Below, one piece after another: positions 28,850 to 38,450 of a stretch of DNA of 64,000 bases; the stretch's first letter is position 1; every line of letters starts with the position of its first letter. This DNA is from an uncultured Candidatus Rokubacteria bacterium (lineage in GTDB: Bacteria > Methylomirabilota > Methylomirabilia > Rokubacteriales > CSP1-6). The translations under genes and the position numbers were made by a program. The notes beneath the pieces were generated by a model. It saw only the letters and a program-made list of their open reading frames with translations, had not been told where the DNA came from and did not search any database. The stretch covers positions 1,824,001-1,888,000 of the forward strand of contig CAVYTA010000006.1 of NCBI GenBank assembly GCA_963771355.1. Reading direction: 5' to 3'.

Positions 28850-29779
28850 TTAAGCGATCGCGGATTCGAGCGCGGCGCGGCGCGCCGCGAGGACGGCATG
28901 CGCTTCCGCCACCTCCACATGCTTGAAGCGGAGCTTCTGCCCGGGCTTGACCTGCCCGACACGGCCGATGTCGTACGAGCACACGGCGCCGATCTTCGTG
29001 TAGCCCCCGGCGGTTTGCCGGTCCACCAGCAGCACGATGGGCTGCCCGTCCCCGATCACCTGGATCCCGCCCAGCGGGATGCCGTCCGAGATGATGTCGT
29101 GGCCGCGCGCATGCTCGATGCACAGGCCCCGGAAGCGGGCGCCCATCCGGTCCGACTGGGGTAGCATCTCATACGCGCCCTCGAAGAGGGCGGCGATCCC
29201 GGCGGGGGTGAAGCGATCGGCCTGGGGGCCGAGGATGGTGGCGATGTCGGGCTCCCCGCCATGGAGGGGAATGCGCTCGGCGCGCACCCTCCTCTCGCCC
29301 GCCGCCCCGGCCGGCGCACCCAGCGGCAACACGTCGTCTCTTCGGATGGCGCGCCCACTCATGCCGCCGAGGGCGCCGCGGAGATAGGTCGCGCGCGAGC
29401 CGAGGGCGAGCGGCGTGGCGAGGCCGCCGGAGATGGCGAGATAGGCGCGCACGCCGGCCCGCGCGGCTCCGATCTTGAGGACGCCGCCCGCGCGCACCGG
29501 GAACGAGGCCCAGCGGGGCATCTCCGCTCCGTCGAGGGTGACGGGGATCTCGGCGCCGGTGACCGCCACCCAGCGCGCGTCCCCGAACTCCAGCCGCGGG
29601 CCCATGAGCGTGCACTCGAGCCCGGCGGCGCCGTCGGGATTGCCCACGAGCCGATTGGCGAGCACGAAGGCCTCGCGGTCCACCGGTCCCGACGGCGGAA
29701 TGCCGACGCGGAGGTGGCCGGCACGGCCGAGATCCTGGACGGTGGTGAGCGGGCCCGCGTCGAGCACCTTGACGCTCAT
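28850..29779 (-). CDS. pxpC: 5-oxoprolinase subunit C (KipA/AHS2 family)
   Basis: TTVQDLGR, SDRMGAR and DRQTAGGYTK motifs. Confidence 0.9.
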   Translation of the reverse strand: MSVKVLDAGPLTTVQDLGRAGHLRVGIPPSGPVDREAFVLANRLVGNPDGAAGLECTLMGPRLEFGDARWVAVTGAEIPVTLDGAEMPRWASFPVRAGGVLKIGAARAGVRAYLAISGGLATPLALGSRATYLRGALGGMSGRAIRRDDVLPLGAPAGAAGERRVRAERIPLHGGEPDIATILGPQADRFTPAGIAALFEGAYEMLPQSDRMGARFRGLCIEHARGHDIISDGIPLGGIQVIGDGQPIVLLVDRQTAGGYTKIGAVCSYDIGRVGQVKPGQKLRFKHVEVAEAHAVLAARRAALESAIA

Positions 29780-30507
29780 CGCGCCTCCGTCACCCGCGGC
29801 CGGAAGCGGCCCGCCGCCACCTCGGCCGCGGCCGCGTCGTACTCGGCGCGCTCGACGGGGCGGAAGCGCACCTGATCTCCGGCCCGCAGGAGGATGGGAT
29901 CAGCGGCGGCGGGATCGTACAGTCGCGCCGGCGTGCGGCCGAGCACCCAGAACCCGCCCGGGCTCTCCACCGAGTAGATGCAGCACTGGACGCCGCCGAT
30001 GGCCACGCTGCCCGGCGGTGTCTTGGTGCGCGGGTTGACGAGGCGGGGAATATTGAGCCGCTCGGGCATCCCCGTCATGTAGGGCAGGCCGGGGGTGAAG
30101 CCCACGAAGTAGACGTGGTAGGTGGCGCCGGCGTGCAGCCGCACCATCTCGTCGGGCGCCAGGCCCAGCTTGGCGGCGGCGGCCTCCAGCTCGAACCCGA
30201 GCTCGCCGCCATAGCAGCAGGGCAGCTCCACCGTGCGCGCGGGCGGCAGCACCTCGGGCCGCGCTTCCGCGGCCAGCGCGCGGAGGGTGGCGTTGACCTC
30301 GTCGGCGGCGATGACGGCCGGATCGTAGTAGACGAGCAGCGAGCGGTACGTGGGGAGCGTTTCGGTGATCCCCGGGACCGCCTTCTGCTGGAGCAGGTAT
30401 TCGAGCGCCAGGACCCGCGCATTGACCTCGCGGTTGATCTCGTCGGCCAGCTCCACCGACACGGCGAGGTCGCCGCAGGGCAGGAGGCGCGGCTCGGGAT
30501 AGATCAC
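29776..30507 (-). CDS. pxpB: 5-oxoprolinase subunit B (KipI/AHS1 family)
   Basis: PTYRSLLVYYDP, GFTPGLPY, GSVAIGG and SPGGFWVLGRTP motifs. Confidence 0.9.
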   Translation of the reverse strand: MIYPEPRLLPCGDLAVSVELADEINREVNARVLALEYLLQQKAVPGITETLPTYRSLLVYYDPAVIAADEVNATLRALAAEARPEVLPPARTVELPCCYGGELGFELEAAAAKLGLAPDEMVRLHAGATYHVYFVGFTPGLPYMTGMPERLNIPRLVNPRTKTPPGSVAIGGVQCCIYSVESPGGFWVLGRTPARLYDPAAADPILLRAGDQVRFRPVERAEYDAAAAEVAAGRFRPRVTEAR

Positions 30508-30522
30508 CCGGGCGGGCCTGCC

Positions 30523-31311
30523 CTAGATCGCCGCCAGCTGGTGGTTCGGCAGGTCGGTGACGAACATGTGGCCGGGGCTGTGGGTGATCATGAACTCCGG
30601 CTTGGAGGCGAGCGCCACCGCCTGAGGCGTCACGCCGCAGGCCCAGAACACCGGGACCTCGCCCGGCTGGATCCCCACGAAATCGCCCCAGTCCGGCCGC
30701 GTCACGTCCTTGATGCCGATGGCGGCGGGATCGCCCACCTGGACCGGCGCGCCGTGGGCATTGGGAAAGCGCGCGGAGGCGGTCACTGCCTTGGAGATCA
30801 TGCTCTGGGGGATCGGGCGCATCGAGACCACCATGGGGCCGTGGAAGCGCCCCGCCGGCCGGCATTCCACGGAGGTCTTCCACATCGCCACGTTCTTGCC
30901 CTGCTCGATGTGGCGCATGGGTATGCCGGCGTCGAGCAGCGCCCACTCGAAGGTGAAGGAGCAGCCGAGGAGGAAGGACACCAGGTCGTCGCGCCAGAAG
31001 GGCGTGATATCGGTGACCTCGTCGGCCATCACGCCGTCCTTGTAGATGCGGTAGCGCGGGAGGTCCGTGCGGAGGTCGGCGCCCGGCGCCACCCCCACCG
31101 GCTCGGGCGAGCCCGCGTCGGTCACCTCGATGAGCGGGCACGGGCGCGGGTTGCGCTGGCAGAAGAGGAGGAAGTCGTAGGCGGCATCCCGGGGCAGGAT
31201 GGCGAGATTGGCCTGGACGAAGCCGGGGGCCAAGCCCGCGGTCACGCCCGTGAGCGCTCCGCGGCGAATATCCGCTCGGATCTCCTTCGGATGGCGCGCG
31301 TCGATCGGCAT
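30523..31311 (-). CDS. DUF1445 putative hydro-lyase / D-glutamate cyclase family
   Basis: FCQRNPRPCP, GCSFTFE, PVFWACGVTPQ and THSPGHM motifs. Confidence 0.92.
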   Translation of the reverse strand: MPIDARHPKEIRADIRRGALTGVTAGLAPGFVQANLAILPRDAAYDFLLFCQRNPRPCPLIEVTDAGSPEPVGVAPGADLRTDLPRYRIYKDGVMADEVTDITPFWRDDLVSFLLGCSFTFEWALLDAGIPMRHIEQGKNVAMWKTSVECRPAGRFHGPMVVSMRPIPQSMISKAVTASARFPNAHGAPVQVGDPAAIGIKDVTRPDWGDFVGIQPGEVPVFWACGVTPQAVALASKPEFMITHSPGHMFVTDLPNHQLAAI

Positions 31312-31324
31312 GGTGGTCTCCAGC

Positions 31325-32308
31325 CTACTTGAGATGGCCGAGCTTCGGCCAGCAGTCGGGGTTGGCAAGCACGTGCGGCTTCTCGCCGCGCAGCACGCGG
31401 AGCATCTCCTCGGTCACCTGGAGGGCCATCCCCCGCATGGTCTCGCGCGTCACGCCCGCGATGTGCGGCGACACGACGACCTGATCCAGCTGGAGCAGGC
31501 GGTTGTCCGAGGACACCGGCTCCTCCTCGAACACGTCCAGGCCGGCGGCGCGGATCTTTCCACTCTCCAGCCCCGCCAGCAGCGCGGACTCGTCCTGGGT
31601 CTTGCCGCGCGAGGTGTTGATGAAGATGACGCCGGGCTTCATCTGGGCCACCGCGGCGGCGTCGATCATGTGATGCGTTTCCTTGGTGTGCGGCGTGTGG
31701 CAGGTCACCACGTCGGCGGCGCGCAGCACCGAGGCCAGATCCGGCATGGGCTCCACCCCGCGGTTCCGGAGCTCGTCGGCGGATACGTACTTGTCGTAGC
31801 CGATCACCTTCATGCCCAGCGCTCCCGCCGTTTTCGCCACCCGCCGGCCGATATTGCCCACGCCGATGATACCCAGCGTCTTGCCGTCCATCTCCAGGAG
31901 CGACTCCCACCGCCCCTTGCCCCAGTCCGCCTTGCGCGTGCGCTGGTCCACCACCACCGCCTGCTTGGCGCAGGCGAGCATGAGCATGACGGCGTGCTCG
32001 GCCACCGAGCTGGAATTCGAGCCGGGCGCGTGCACCACCGCGATACCGAGATCGGAGGCGGCGGGCAGGTCCACGATGTCGAGCCCCACCCCGTGCCGGC
32101 CGATCACCTTGAGATTGGGCAGGGCCGCCATGAGCGAGCGCGAGCAGAGCGGCTTGGAGCGGAAGAGGATGCCGGCCGCGTCCTTCGCCGCCGTCACCAT
32201 GCCGGCCTCGGTCTCGGAATCGGAGACGAGGGTGACGCGCGCTTCCGCCTCCATCAGCTTGAGCCCATCGGGATGCAGGCCGCCGCCGACGACGATATGT
32301 GGCTTCAT
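31325..32308 (-). CDS. D-isomer-specific 2-hydroxyacid dehydrogenase (SerA-like, no ACT domain)
   Basis: GRHGVGLD, GVGNIG, INTSRG, DVFEEEP and SPHIAG motifs. Confidence 0.92.
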   Translation of the reverse strand: MKPHIVVGGGLHPDGLKLMEAEARVTLVSDSETEAGMVTAAKDAAGILFRSKPLCSRSLMAALPNLKVIGRHGVGLDIVDLPAASDLGIAVVHAPGSNSSSVAEHAVMLMLACAKQAVVVDQRTRKADWGKGRWESLLEMDGKTLGIIGVGNIGRRVAKTAGALGMKVIGYDKYVSADELRNRGVEPMPDLASVLRAADVVTCHTPHTKETHHMIDAAAVAQMKPGVIFINTSRGKTQDESALLAGLESGKIRAAGLDVFEEEPVSSDNRLLQLDQVVVSPHIAGVTRETMRGMALQVTEEMLRVLRGEKPHVLANPDCWPKLGHLK

Positions 32309-32377
32309 GGGGTCTCCTGGAAGTTGAGCTTGCCGTGGAACACGAGCCGCATTATACCGGAACGGGAGGTTTCACAG

Positions 32378-33364
32378 ATGACGACGCTGGTCACGGGCGC
32401 ATTCGGTTGCATCGGGTCGTGGGTAGTCAAGCGGCTGCTCGCCGGCGGCGAGACGCCGGTGGTCTACGACCTGGGCGACGACCCGTGGCGCATGCGCATG
32501 CTGGTGGGTGCCGACGCGATCCGTGACGTAGTCATGGTACGCGGAGACATCGCGGACAAGGACGCGCTGATCCGCGTCATCGGCGAGCACAAGATCGACC
32601 GGGTCATCCACCTCGCCGCCTGGCAGGTGCCGTTGTGCCGCCAGGATCCCGCCCGCGGCGCCCTCGTGAACGTGGTGGGCACCGCCAATGTCTTCGAGGC
32701 GGTCAAGGCGCACCGCGACCGAGTTTCCCGGGTCGTCTACTTCTCCTCCGGGGCGGTATTCGGGCCGCCCGAGCACTACGGCCCCGGGCCGGTGACCGAC
32801 GACTCGCCGCCGCGCCCCGCCACGCACTACGGTGTCTACAAGGTCGCCAACGAGGAGACCGCCCGCATCTACTGGGACGAGCACAAGATCCCCTCCATGG
32901 GCTTCCGGCCGCTGTCGGTGTACGGGCCCGGCCGCGACTTCGGCCTCACCGCCGACCCCACGCTGGCCATGAAGGCCGCCGTGCTCGGCCGTCCCTATCA
33001 GGTCCGCTGGGGCGGCGCCACCGACCTCATCTATGCCGAGGATGTGGCGCAGGCCTGCCTGGCAGCATCCACTTCCACGCTGGATCGCGCGCGGGTGTAC
33101 AACCTGCACGGCGAGTCCGCAAAGATCGCCGACGTGGTGCGGATGATCGAGGAAGCGTGGCCGGCCGCCCGAGGCAAGCTCTCGCATGTGGAGCAGCCCA
33201 TCCCCTTCCCGGGCGCCCTCGACGACCCCGGGTATCAACGCGATCTCGGCCCGCGGCCGCGCACCGGCCTCCGCGACGGCATCCGCAAGACGCTCGACGA
33301 GTTCGCCGCCTTGCAGAAGGCCGGCCGGCTCGACGCGCGGGAGCTCGACCCGCCCAAGGCATGA
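32378..33364 (+). CDS. NAD-dependent epimerase/dehydratase (extended SDR)
   Basis: GGAGG RBS; TGAFGCIG, HLAA and YGVYK (YxxxK). Confidence 0.9.
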   Translation: MTTLVTGAFGCIGSWVVKRLLAGGETPVVYDLGDDPWRMRMLVGADAIRDVVMVRGDIADKDALIRVIGEHKIDRVIHLAAWQVPLCRQDPARGALVNVVGTANVFEAVKAHRDRVSRVVYFSSGAVFGPPEHYGPGPVTDDSPPRPATHYGVYKVANEETARIYWDEHKIPSMGFRPLSVYGPGRDFGLTADPTLAMKAAVLGRPYQVRWGGATDLIYAEDVAQACLAASTSTLDRARVYNLHGESAKIADVVRMIEEAWPAARGKLSHVEQPIPFPGALDDPGYQRDLGPRPRTGLRDGIRKTLDEFAALQKAGRLDARELDPPKA

Positions 33365-33855
33365 CCGCGATCGCCATCCGCGCCGCCACCGACGCCGACG
33401 CGGGAGCCATCTGCCTCGTCTACAACCAGGGCATCGAGGACCGTATCGCCACGCTGGAAACCGAGCCGCGCACGCCCGAGGAGCGCCGGCAGTGGCTGGC
33501 CTCCCGCGGCCCGCGGCATCCGGTGTTCGTGGCCGAAGCGGAGGCGAGGGTGGTCGGCTGGAGCAGCCTCAACGTGTACAACCCGCGCCCGGCCTATCAG
33601 TACGTGGCCGACCTCTCCATCTATATCGAGCGCGGGTGGCGGGGAAAGGGCGTGGGACGCCGGCTCCTCGAGCACCTCATCGAGCAGGCGCGGGCCCTCG
33701 GCTACCACAAGATGATGCTCTCGGCCTTCCCCTTCAACGCCTCCGGGGTGGCCCTCTACGAGCGCATGGGCTTCACCCGGGCGGGCGTCTTCCACGAGAT
33801 GGGCCAGCTCGACGGCCGCTGGGTGGACACCCTGATCATGGAGAAGCTGCTCTAG
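33361..33855 (+). CDS. GNAT N-acetyltransferase, phosphinothricin/arsinothricin (ArsN1-like) family
   Basis: ATGA coupling; VYNQGIEDRIATLE, RGKGVG, NASGVALY and GQLDGRWVD motifs. Confidence 0.85.
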   Translation: MTAIAIRAATDADAGAICLVYNQGIEDRIATLETEPRTPEERRQWLASRGPRHPVFVAEAEARVVGWSSLNVYNPRPAYQYVADLSIYIERGWRGKGVGRRLLEHLIEQARALGYHKMMLSAFPFNASGVALYERMGFTRAGVFHEMGQLDGRWVDTLIMEKLL

Positions 33856-34328
33856 AACGGTCGCTCGCGCGTATGGTCCGGTGGAGTCCCCAGGGCGCAG
33901 AGCGCCTCGATGATCAGGTCCGCGGTGGCGAGATTGGTGGCCACCGGCACGTTGTGGACATTGCACACGCGCAGGAGCGCGCGGATGTCGGGCTCATGGG
34001 GCTGGGCGCTCAGCGGATCCACGAAGAAGAACACGCCGCCGACCACCCCGGTGGCGACCAGCGCCGCGATTTGCGCGTCACCGCCCTGAGGGCCGCTGAG
34101 AAGCGCCTGCACCGGCAGCCCGACCTTCGAATGGACCAGCTGGGCGGTGTGTCCGGTGGCCACGAGGTCGAACAGGGACAGCGCGGCCCGATTGAAGGTG
34201 GCCCAGGCCACCAGGTCGACCTTCTTGTTGTCGTGGGCGATCAGGGCGAGGGTGTGCAGGCGGCCGCCGCGGCCGACGCTGCGCGCCGATTCCCGGGACC
34301 GATGATCCACGGAGCCCCGGCCCATCAT
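33852..34328 (-). CDS. mgsA: Methylglyoxal synthase
   Basis: ALIAHDNKK, ATGHT, SGPQGGDAQI and DPLSAQPHEPD motifs. Confidence 0.95.
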   Translation of the reverse strand: MMGRGSVDHRSRESARSVGRGGRLHTLALIAHDNKKVDLVAWATFNRAALSLFDLVATGHTAQLVHSKVGLPVQALLSGPQGGDAQIAALVATGVVGGVFFFVDPLSAQPHEPDIRALLRVCNVHNVPVATNLATADLIIEALCALGTPPDHTRERPF

Positions 34329-34915
34329 CGCGGGCGGAACTCCACGGACACCACCCCTTCCTCGAGCTTGCGCTCCGTGATCTCGGTGCGGCGGGCCAGC
34401 AACCCGAGCATGCGGCGGTTGTCCGCGAGCACGAAGGCGCGGAACTGCCTCACGCCGCGCGCCACCGCCGCCCGCAGCACCGCGTCCAGCAGGATGGTGC
34501 CGAGCCCCCGCCCTTGCCACGCGTCCTGCACCACGAAGGCGACTTCCACCGACGAGGGCACGCCCGCGGGCGCCCCGTCGGGCGTGTCGGCCGGCTCGTA
34601 GCGGCCCACTCCGACGAGCTCGGAGCCGGCCGGCCCGACCAGCTCTGCCACGATGGCGAGACGCTGCCGATAGTCCACGTTGGCGAAGACTTTCGCGTAG
34701 GCCGGCGGCAACCGATTGAGCACGGAGAAGAACCGCTGGTAGGCGGTGTGCCGGCTCAGCCGGTCGAAGAGCGCGACGAGCCCCGGCGCATCGTCGGGGC
34801 GGATGGGCCGGAGGTGTATGACGGTCCCGTCCTTCAACGTCGCGTCGCCCTCGAGCTCCTTCGGATACTCCGCAGGCAGGGTCACGGTCGCGGTACCCGG
34901 CCGTTCCTCGGTCAT
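34325..34915 (-). CDS. Stand-alone GNAT acetyltransferase (Pat-type GNAT domain)
   Basis: LRPIRPDD, YQRFF, EVAFVVQDAWQGRGLG and VLADNRRM motifs. Confidence 0.88.
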   Translation of the reverse strand: MTEERPGTATVTLPAEYPKELEGDATLKDGTVIHLRPIRPDDAPGLVALFDRLSRHTAYQRFFSVLNRLPPAYAKVFANVDYRQRLAIVAELVGPAGSELVGVGRYEPADTPDGAPAGVPSSVEVAFVVQDAWQGRGLGTILLDAVLRAAVARGVRQFRAFVLADNRRMLGLLARRTEITERKLEEGVVSVEFRPR

Positions 34916-35050
34916 CGGCTCACCCTCCTCTCTTTCGACGTTCTGCGTAGGATCGGGGATGCCAGAGGAGAGAAACGGCCAAGTGGCCAGAATCGCCGAC
35001 CCGGAAAGAGACCTCCGGCCTTCGTGGTGCTCGTTGGGTAGGCGGCTGCC

Positions 35051-35896
35051 TTACTTGATGGCGCCGTGGGTAAGGCCGGACACGTAGTAGTCGAGAAAGA
35101 AGACGTACAGGATGACGATGGGCACCGAGCCCAGCACCGCGCCCGCCATGAGCGAGCCCCAGAAGTAGATGTCACCGCGAATCAGCTCCGTGGTGACGCC
35201 CACGCTGGCGGTGATCTGCTCCGAGGAGGAGGTGAAGGTGAGCGCGTAGATGAACTCGTTCCACGACAGCGTGAAGGCAAACAGCGCCGCGCACACGAGC
35301 CCGGGCACCGCGATGGGCAGGACGATGCGCCAGAGCGCCTGGATCCGGGTGGCGCCGTCCACCATGGCGCACTCCTCGATCTCCTTGGGGACGGTGCGGA
35401 AGTAGCCGATGAGCAGCCAGGTGCAGAACGGAACCAGGAAGGTGGGGTACGTGAGCACGAGCGCCCACTTTGAATCACCCAGCCCCACCCAGTTGATGAT
35501 CTGGGCCAGCGGCAAGAAGAGCAGCGACGTGGGCACGAGGTAGGTGACGAATATGACCGTGCCCAGGGCGGCCACCCCGGCGAACTTCAGCCGCGCGAGC
35601 GCGTAGGCCGCCACGGTACCGAGGACGACCGACACCACGGTGGACAGACCGGACACGAGCAGACTGTTCATGGTCCAGGTGATGAACTCGGTGTCCCAGA
35701 GGAGCTTGCTGTAGTGCTCGAGCGTGGGCCCCTGCTTGATGATGAGGGGCACCGCGTGGCGGTCGTAGAGCTCGCGGTCCTGCTTCAGCGAGGTGAGCGT
35801 CATGTGATAGAAGGGAAACAGCGCGAAGACGAGAAACGGCAAAAGCAGCAAGTGCTTCCCGACTTTACTCATGAACGGTCGGCGGGCCACCGTCAT
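35051..35896 (-). CDS. Carbohydrate ABC transporter permease
   Basis: EECAMVDGA (EAA loop) and SWNEF motifs. Confidence 0.93.
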   Translation of the reverse strand: MTVARRPFMSKVGKHLLLLPFLVFALFPFYHMTLTSLKQDRELYDRHAVPLIIKQGPTLEHYSKLLWDTEFITWTMNSLLVSGLSTVVSVVLGTVAAYALARLKFAGVAALGTVIFVTYLVPTSLLFLPLAQIINWVGLGDSKWALVLTYPTFLVPFCTWLLIGYFRTVPKEIEECAMVDGATRIQALWRIVLPIAVPGLVCAALFAFTLSWNEFIYALTFTSSSEQITASVGVTTELIRGDIYFWGSLMAGAVLGSVPIVILYVFFLDYYVSGLTHGAIK

Positions 35897-35899
35897 GCG

Positions 35900-36841
35900 C
35901 TAGTACACCTGCTTCCGCACGAAGCGGAGCTGGGCCCAGACCACGAAGACCAGCAGGGGGAAGAGGTAGAGCGAGATCGCGGCGCCCTCGCCGATTCGTC
36001 CGGTGTCGATGCCGATCATGCGCGACAGCGTGGCGAAGAGGTGGGTGGAGTTGATGGGCCCACCGTGGGTGAGCACGTAGACGATGTTGAAGTCGCTGAA
36101 GGTGAAGATGGTGGAGAAGAGCACCACCACCGCGAGCACGGGCTTGAGCAGCGGCAGCGTGATGTGCCAGAAGCGGGCATTGGCGCCGGCGCCATCCGCC
36201 TCGGCCGCCTCGTAGAGCTCTTTCGGGATGGCAACGAGACCGGCGAGGATGGTGATGGCGAAGAACGGCAGACCTCGCCAGATGTTGACGGTGATGACCG
36301 CGGCCATGGCGTAATACCGCTGGCCGAGCCAGTTCGGGCCGGGCGGATCCATGAGTCCGGTGGCGATACCAGTCCAGTTCACCACGCTGTAGAGCGAGTT
36401 GAACATCCACCACCAGCCCAGCGTGCTGAGCGCGGTGGGAATCACCCACGGCAGGAGCACCGCGCCGCGGATGAGTCGCTTCAGCCAGAGCTGCTCGTTG
36501 AGGAGGAGCGCCAGGCAGATTCCCAGCACCACCTTGAAGACCACCGCGATCCCGGTGAAGACGAACGCGTTCTGGAAGGTCTGGCGGAAGGCATCGCTGT
36601 CCCAGAGCTTCACGAAGTTGCGGAATCCGATGAACTCGCTCGGCCGGCCGATGAACGCGTTGGACATCGAGAAGTAAAGTGCCACCACGAAGGGATAGGC
36701 GACGAGCAGGAGCAGGAGGAGCAGGGTCGGCGTGACGAAGACCGGCCCCAGGACGTCCTCGCGGTCGAGCAATCCCCTCACCCGGGCGACCAGCCCCGGG
36801 CGTCCGCGTGGTACCTGAATCTCCTCCGCTCTGACCGCCAT
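35900..36841 (-). CDS. Carbohydrate ABC transporter permease
   Basis: YEAAEADGA...FWHITLPLLKP motif. Confidence 0.93.
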   Translation of the reverse strand: MAVRAEEIQVPRGRPGLVARVRGLLDREDVLGPVFVTPTLLLLLLLVAYPFVVALYFSMSNAFIGRPSEFIGFRNFVKLWDSDAFRQTFQNAFVFTGIAVVFKVVLGICLALLLNEQLWLKRLIRGAVLLPWVIPTALSTLGWWWMFNSLYSVVNWTGIATGLMDPPGPNWLGQRYYAMAAVITVNIWRGLPFFAITILAGLVAIPKELYEAAEADGAGANARFWHITLPLLKPVLAVVVLFSTIFTFSDFNIVYVLTHGGPINSTHLFATLSRMIGIDTGRIGEGAAISLYLFPLLVFVVWAQLRFVRKQVY

Positions 36842-36862
36842 GCGCTACCCTGACCTCTTTTT

Positions 36863-36898
36863 CATATCCGTTCGGCTCGCCTTCGGCTGCGCCTCACC
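36863..36898. repeat. REP-like dispersed repeat, copy 1
   Basis: catatccgttcggctcgccttcggctgcgcctcacc; near-identical to the copies at 39425 and 39489. Confidence 0.75.
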
Positions 36899-36906
36899 CT
36901 GCGCGG

Positions 36907-38184
36907 TTAGCCGGCCAGAATCTTCTTCATCTCGTTCTCAGCCCAGGCGATGGCGTCCTTGGTCGGGGTGCCGGTGACCGCCTTGGCGATCATGTTGGGC
37001 AGGAGATAGGTATTGGTGATGAGCTGCACCTTGTCCGAGGGCGGGGCCGGCCAGCCGTAGGTGTGGTACTGCACGCCCTCGCCCTTGAGCGCGGCGTACT
37101 TAGGATCGGTCCGGAGCACCGGATGATCCTGAAGCTTCTCGTAGACAGGCAGATTGAAGGCGTCCCCGGCCATGATGTACTCATCGTAGTTCTCGCGCTT
37201 GCCGAGGAGGTACCGGATCCACTCCTTGGCGGGGTCGATGTTCTTGGAGAACTTCCAGATGCCGATGTGGCGCGGCGTGTCCGTCTCGTGGCGCCCCTGA
37301 GGGCCGCCCAGGCTCCGGTGGTGGTTGATCCCGTCGGCGGTCACGAGCTTGCGCTGCTTGGCGACGATGTAGGCGGACACCGGGTTGTGGACCCATCCCG
37401 CCTTGCCCTGCTGGATCGACTCGTTGTTGCTCGAGTCCGACCAGGACAGCACCTCGGGCTCCATGCAGTCCTTGAACATCTTCTGGTACCACTCGATGGT
37501 CTGCACGGTGGCGGGCGAGTTGATGCGCACGGTCTTGCCGTCCTTGTCCACCTCCATGCCTCCGAATGACCAGAGCACGGGCCCGGCGGTGGAGATCGAA
37601 TCGTAGTTCTGCGAGATGGGGATGCCCACCGGGTTCCCCATCTTCTTGAGCTCCTTGCCTGCCGTGTAGAGATCCTCCCAGGTGTCCGGCACCTTGAGGC
37701 TCGCCTTCTTGAAGAGATCTTCCCGGTAGGTCGCCACGAACATGCCGTGGTACTGAGGCACCGCCCGCCACACGCCTTTGACGTGCGCCCCCTCGTACGA
37801 GGAGGCGATGGCCTTCCCATACTGCTTCTCCAGCCCCGTCACCACGTCGGAGACGTCCGCGAGCTGGGGCTCGTAGAGCCACGGGAAATGCATGCGCATC
37901 TCCACGAGATCGTGGCCGGCTTGCGTCTGCACCTCGGCCGCGTACTTGGCCTGCTGCGGGCCCATGTGGGAGATGTGGTCGATCTTGAGCTTGATGCCGG
38001 TGTCCTTGGTGAAGCGCTGCCCGATCTCCGCCATCTTCTTGTCCGAGGCGGGGGCGAAGTTGTTCCAGCAGAGATAGGAGATCTCTCGCTGCTGGCCCCG
38101 TGCGGGCGGGACGCGGGCGGCGAGGATGCCGGCGAGGCCGGCGGTGCTCCCAATGACGAAACGGCGGCGGCTGACAGGCTCCAT
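36907..38184 (-). CDS. Carbohydrate-type ABC substrate-binding protein with a Tat signal
   Basis: AAGGAGG RBS; MEPVSRRRFVIG twin-arginine signal; lies upstream of two permeases. Confidence 0.9.
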   Translation of the reverse strand: MEPVSRRRFVIGSTAGLAGILAARVPPARGQQREISYLCWNNFAPASDKKMAEIGQRFTKDTGIKLKIDHISHMGPQQAKYAAEVQTQAGHDLVEMRMHFPWLYEPQLADVSDVVTGLEKQYGKAIASSYEGAHVKGVWRAVPQYHGMFVATYREDLFKKASLKVPDTWEDLYTAGKELKKMGNPVGIPISQNYDSISTAGPVLWSFGGMEVDKDGKTVRINSPATVQTIEWYQKMFKDCMEPEVLSWSDSSNNESIQQGKAGWVHNPVSAYIVAKQRKLVTADGINHHRSLGGPQGRHETDTPRHIGIWKFSKNIDPAKEWIRYLLGKRENYDEYIMAGDAFNLPVYEKLQDHPVLRTDPKYAALKGEGVQYHTYGWPAPPSDKVQLITNTYLLPNMIAKAVTGTPTKDAIAWAENEMKKILAG

Positions 38185-38369
38185 GAACGCCTCCTTGTGT
38201 GGGAAACGGGGCGCGGACGGGACGGAGCGGACGGGCTTCAGCATCGGCCACCGGCGGGGCCGGAGTTGGCAGCGGGGAGCGGTCTCGGGATACCGAATCG
38301 AGGCATGCTCGCCTCCCAGGACAGCGGCACAGCAAACCGGGCGCGCACAACGCGCGCTGAGTTGAAGCG

Positions 38370-38398
38370 ACTTTACGGGCTCACCCCTCACGTGTCAA
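38370..38398 (-). promoter_or_regulatory. Sigma70 promoter for the sugar ABC operon
   Basis: TTGACA-N17-TAAAGT. Confidence 0.7.
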
Positions 38399-38415
38399 GG
38401 CGCCCGTCTGCCAGC

Positions 38416-38444
38416 TTGACCGGCCGCGGCGGGGGTCGTACTGT
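38416..38444 (+). promoter_or_regulatory. Sigma70 promoter giving a probably leaderless transcript
   Basis: TTGACC-N17-TACTGT, then 6 nt, then ATG 38451; no Shine-Dalgarno. Confidence 0.6.
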
Positions 38445-38450
38445 CAGCCC

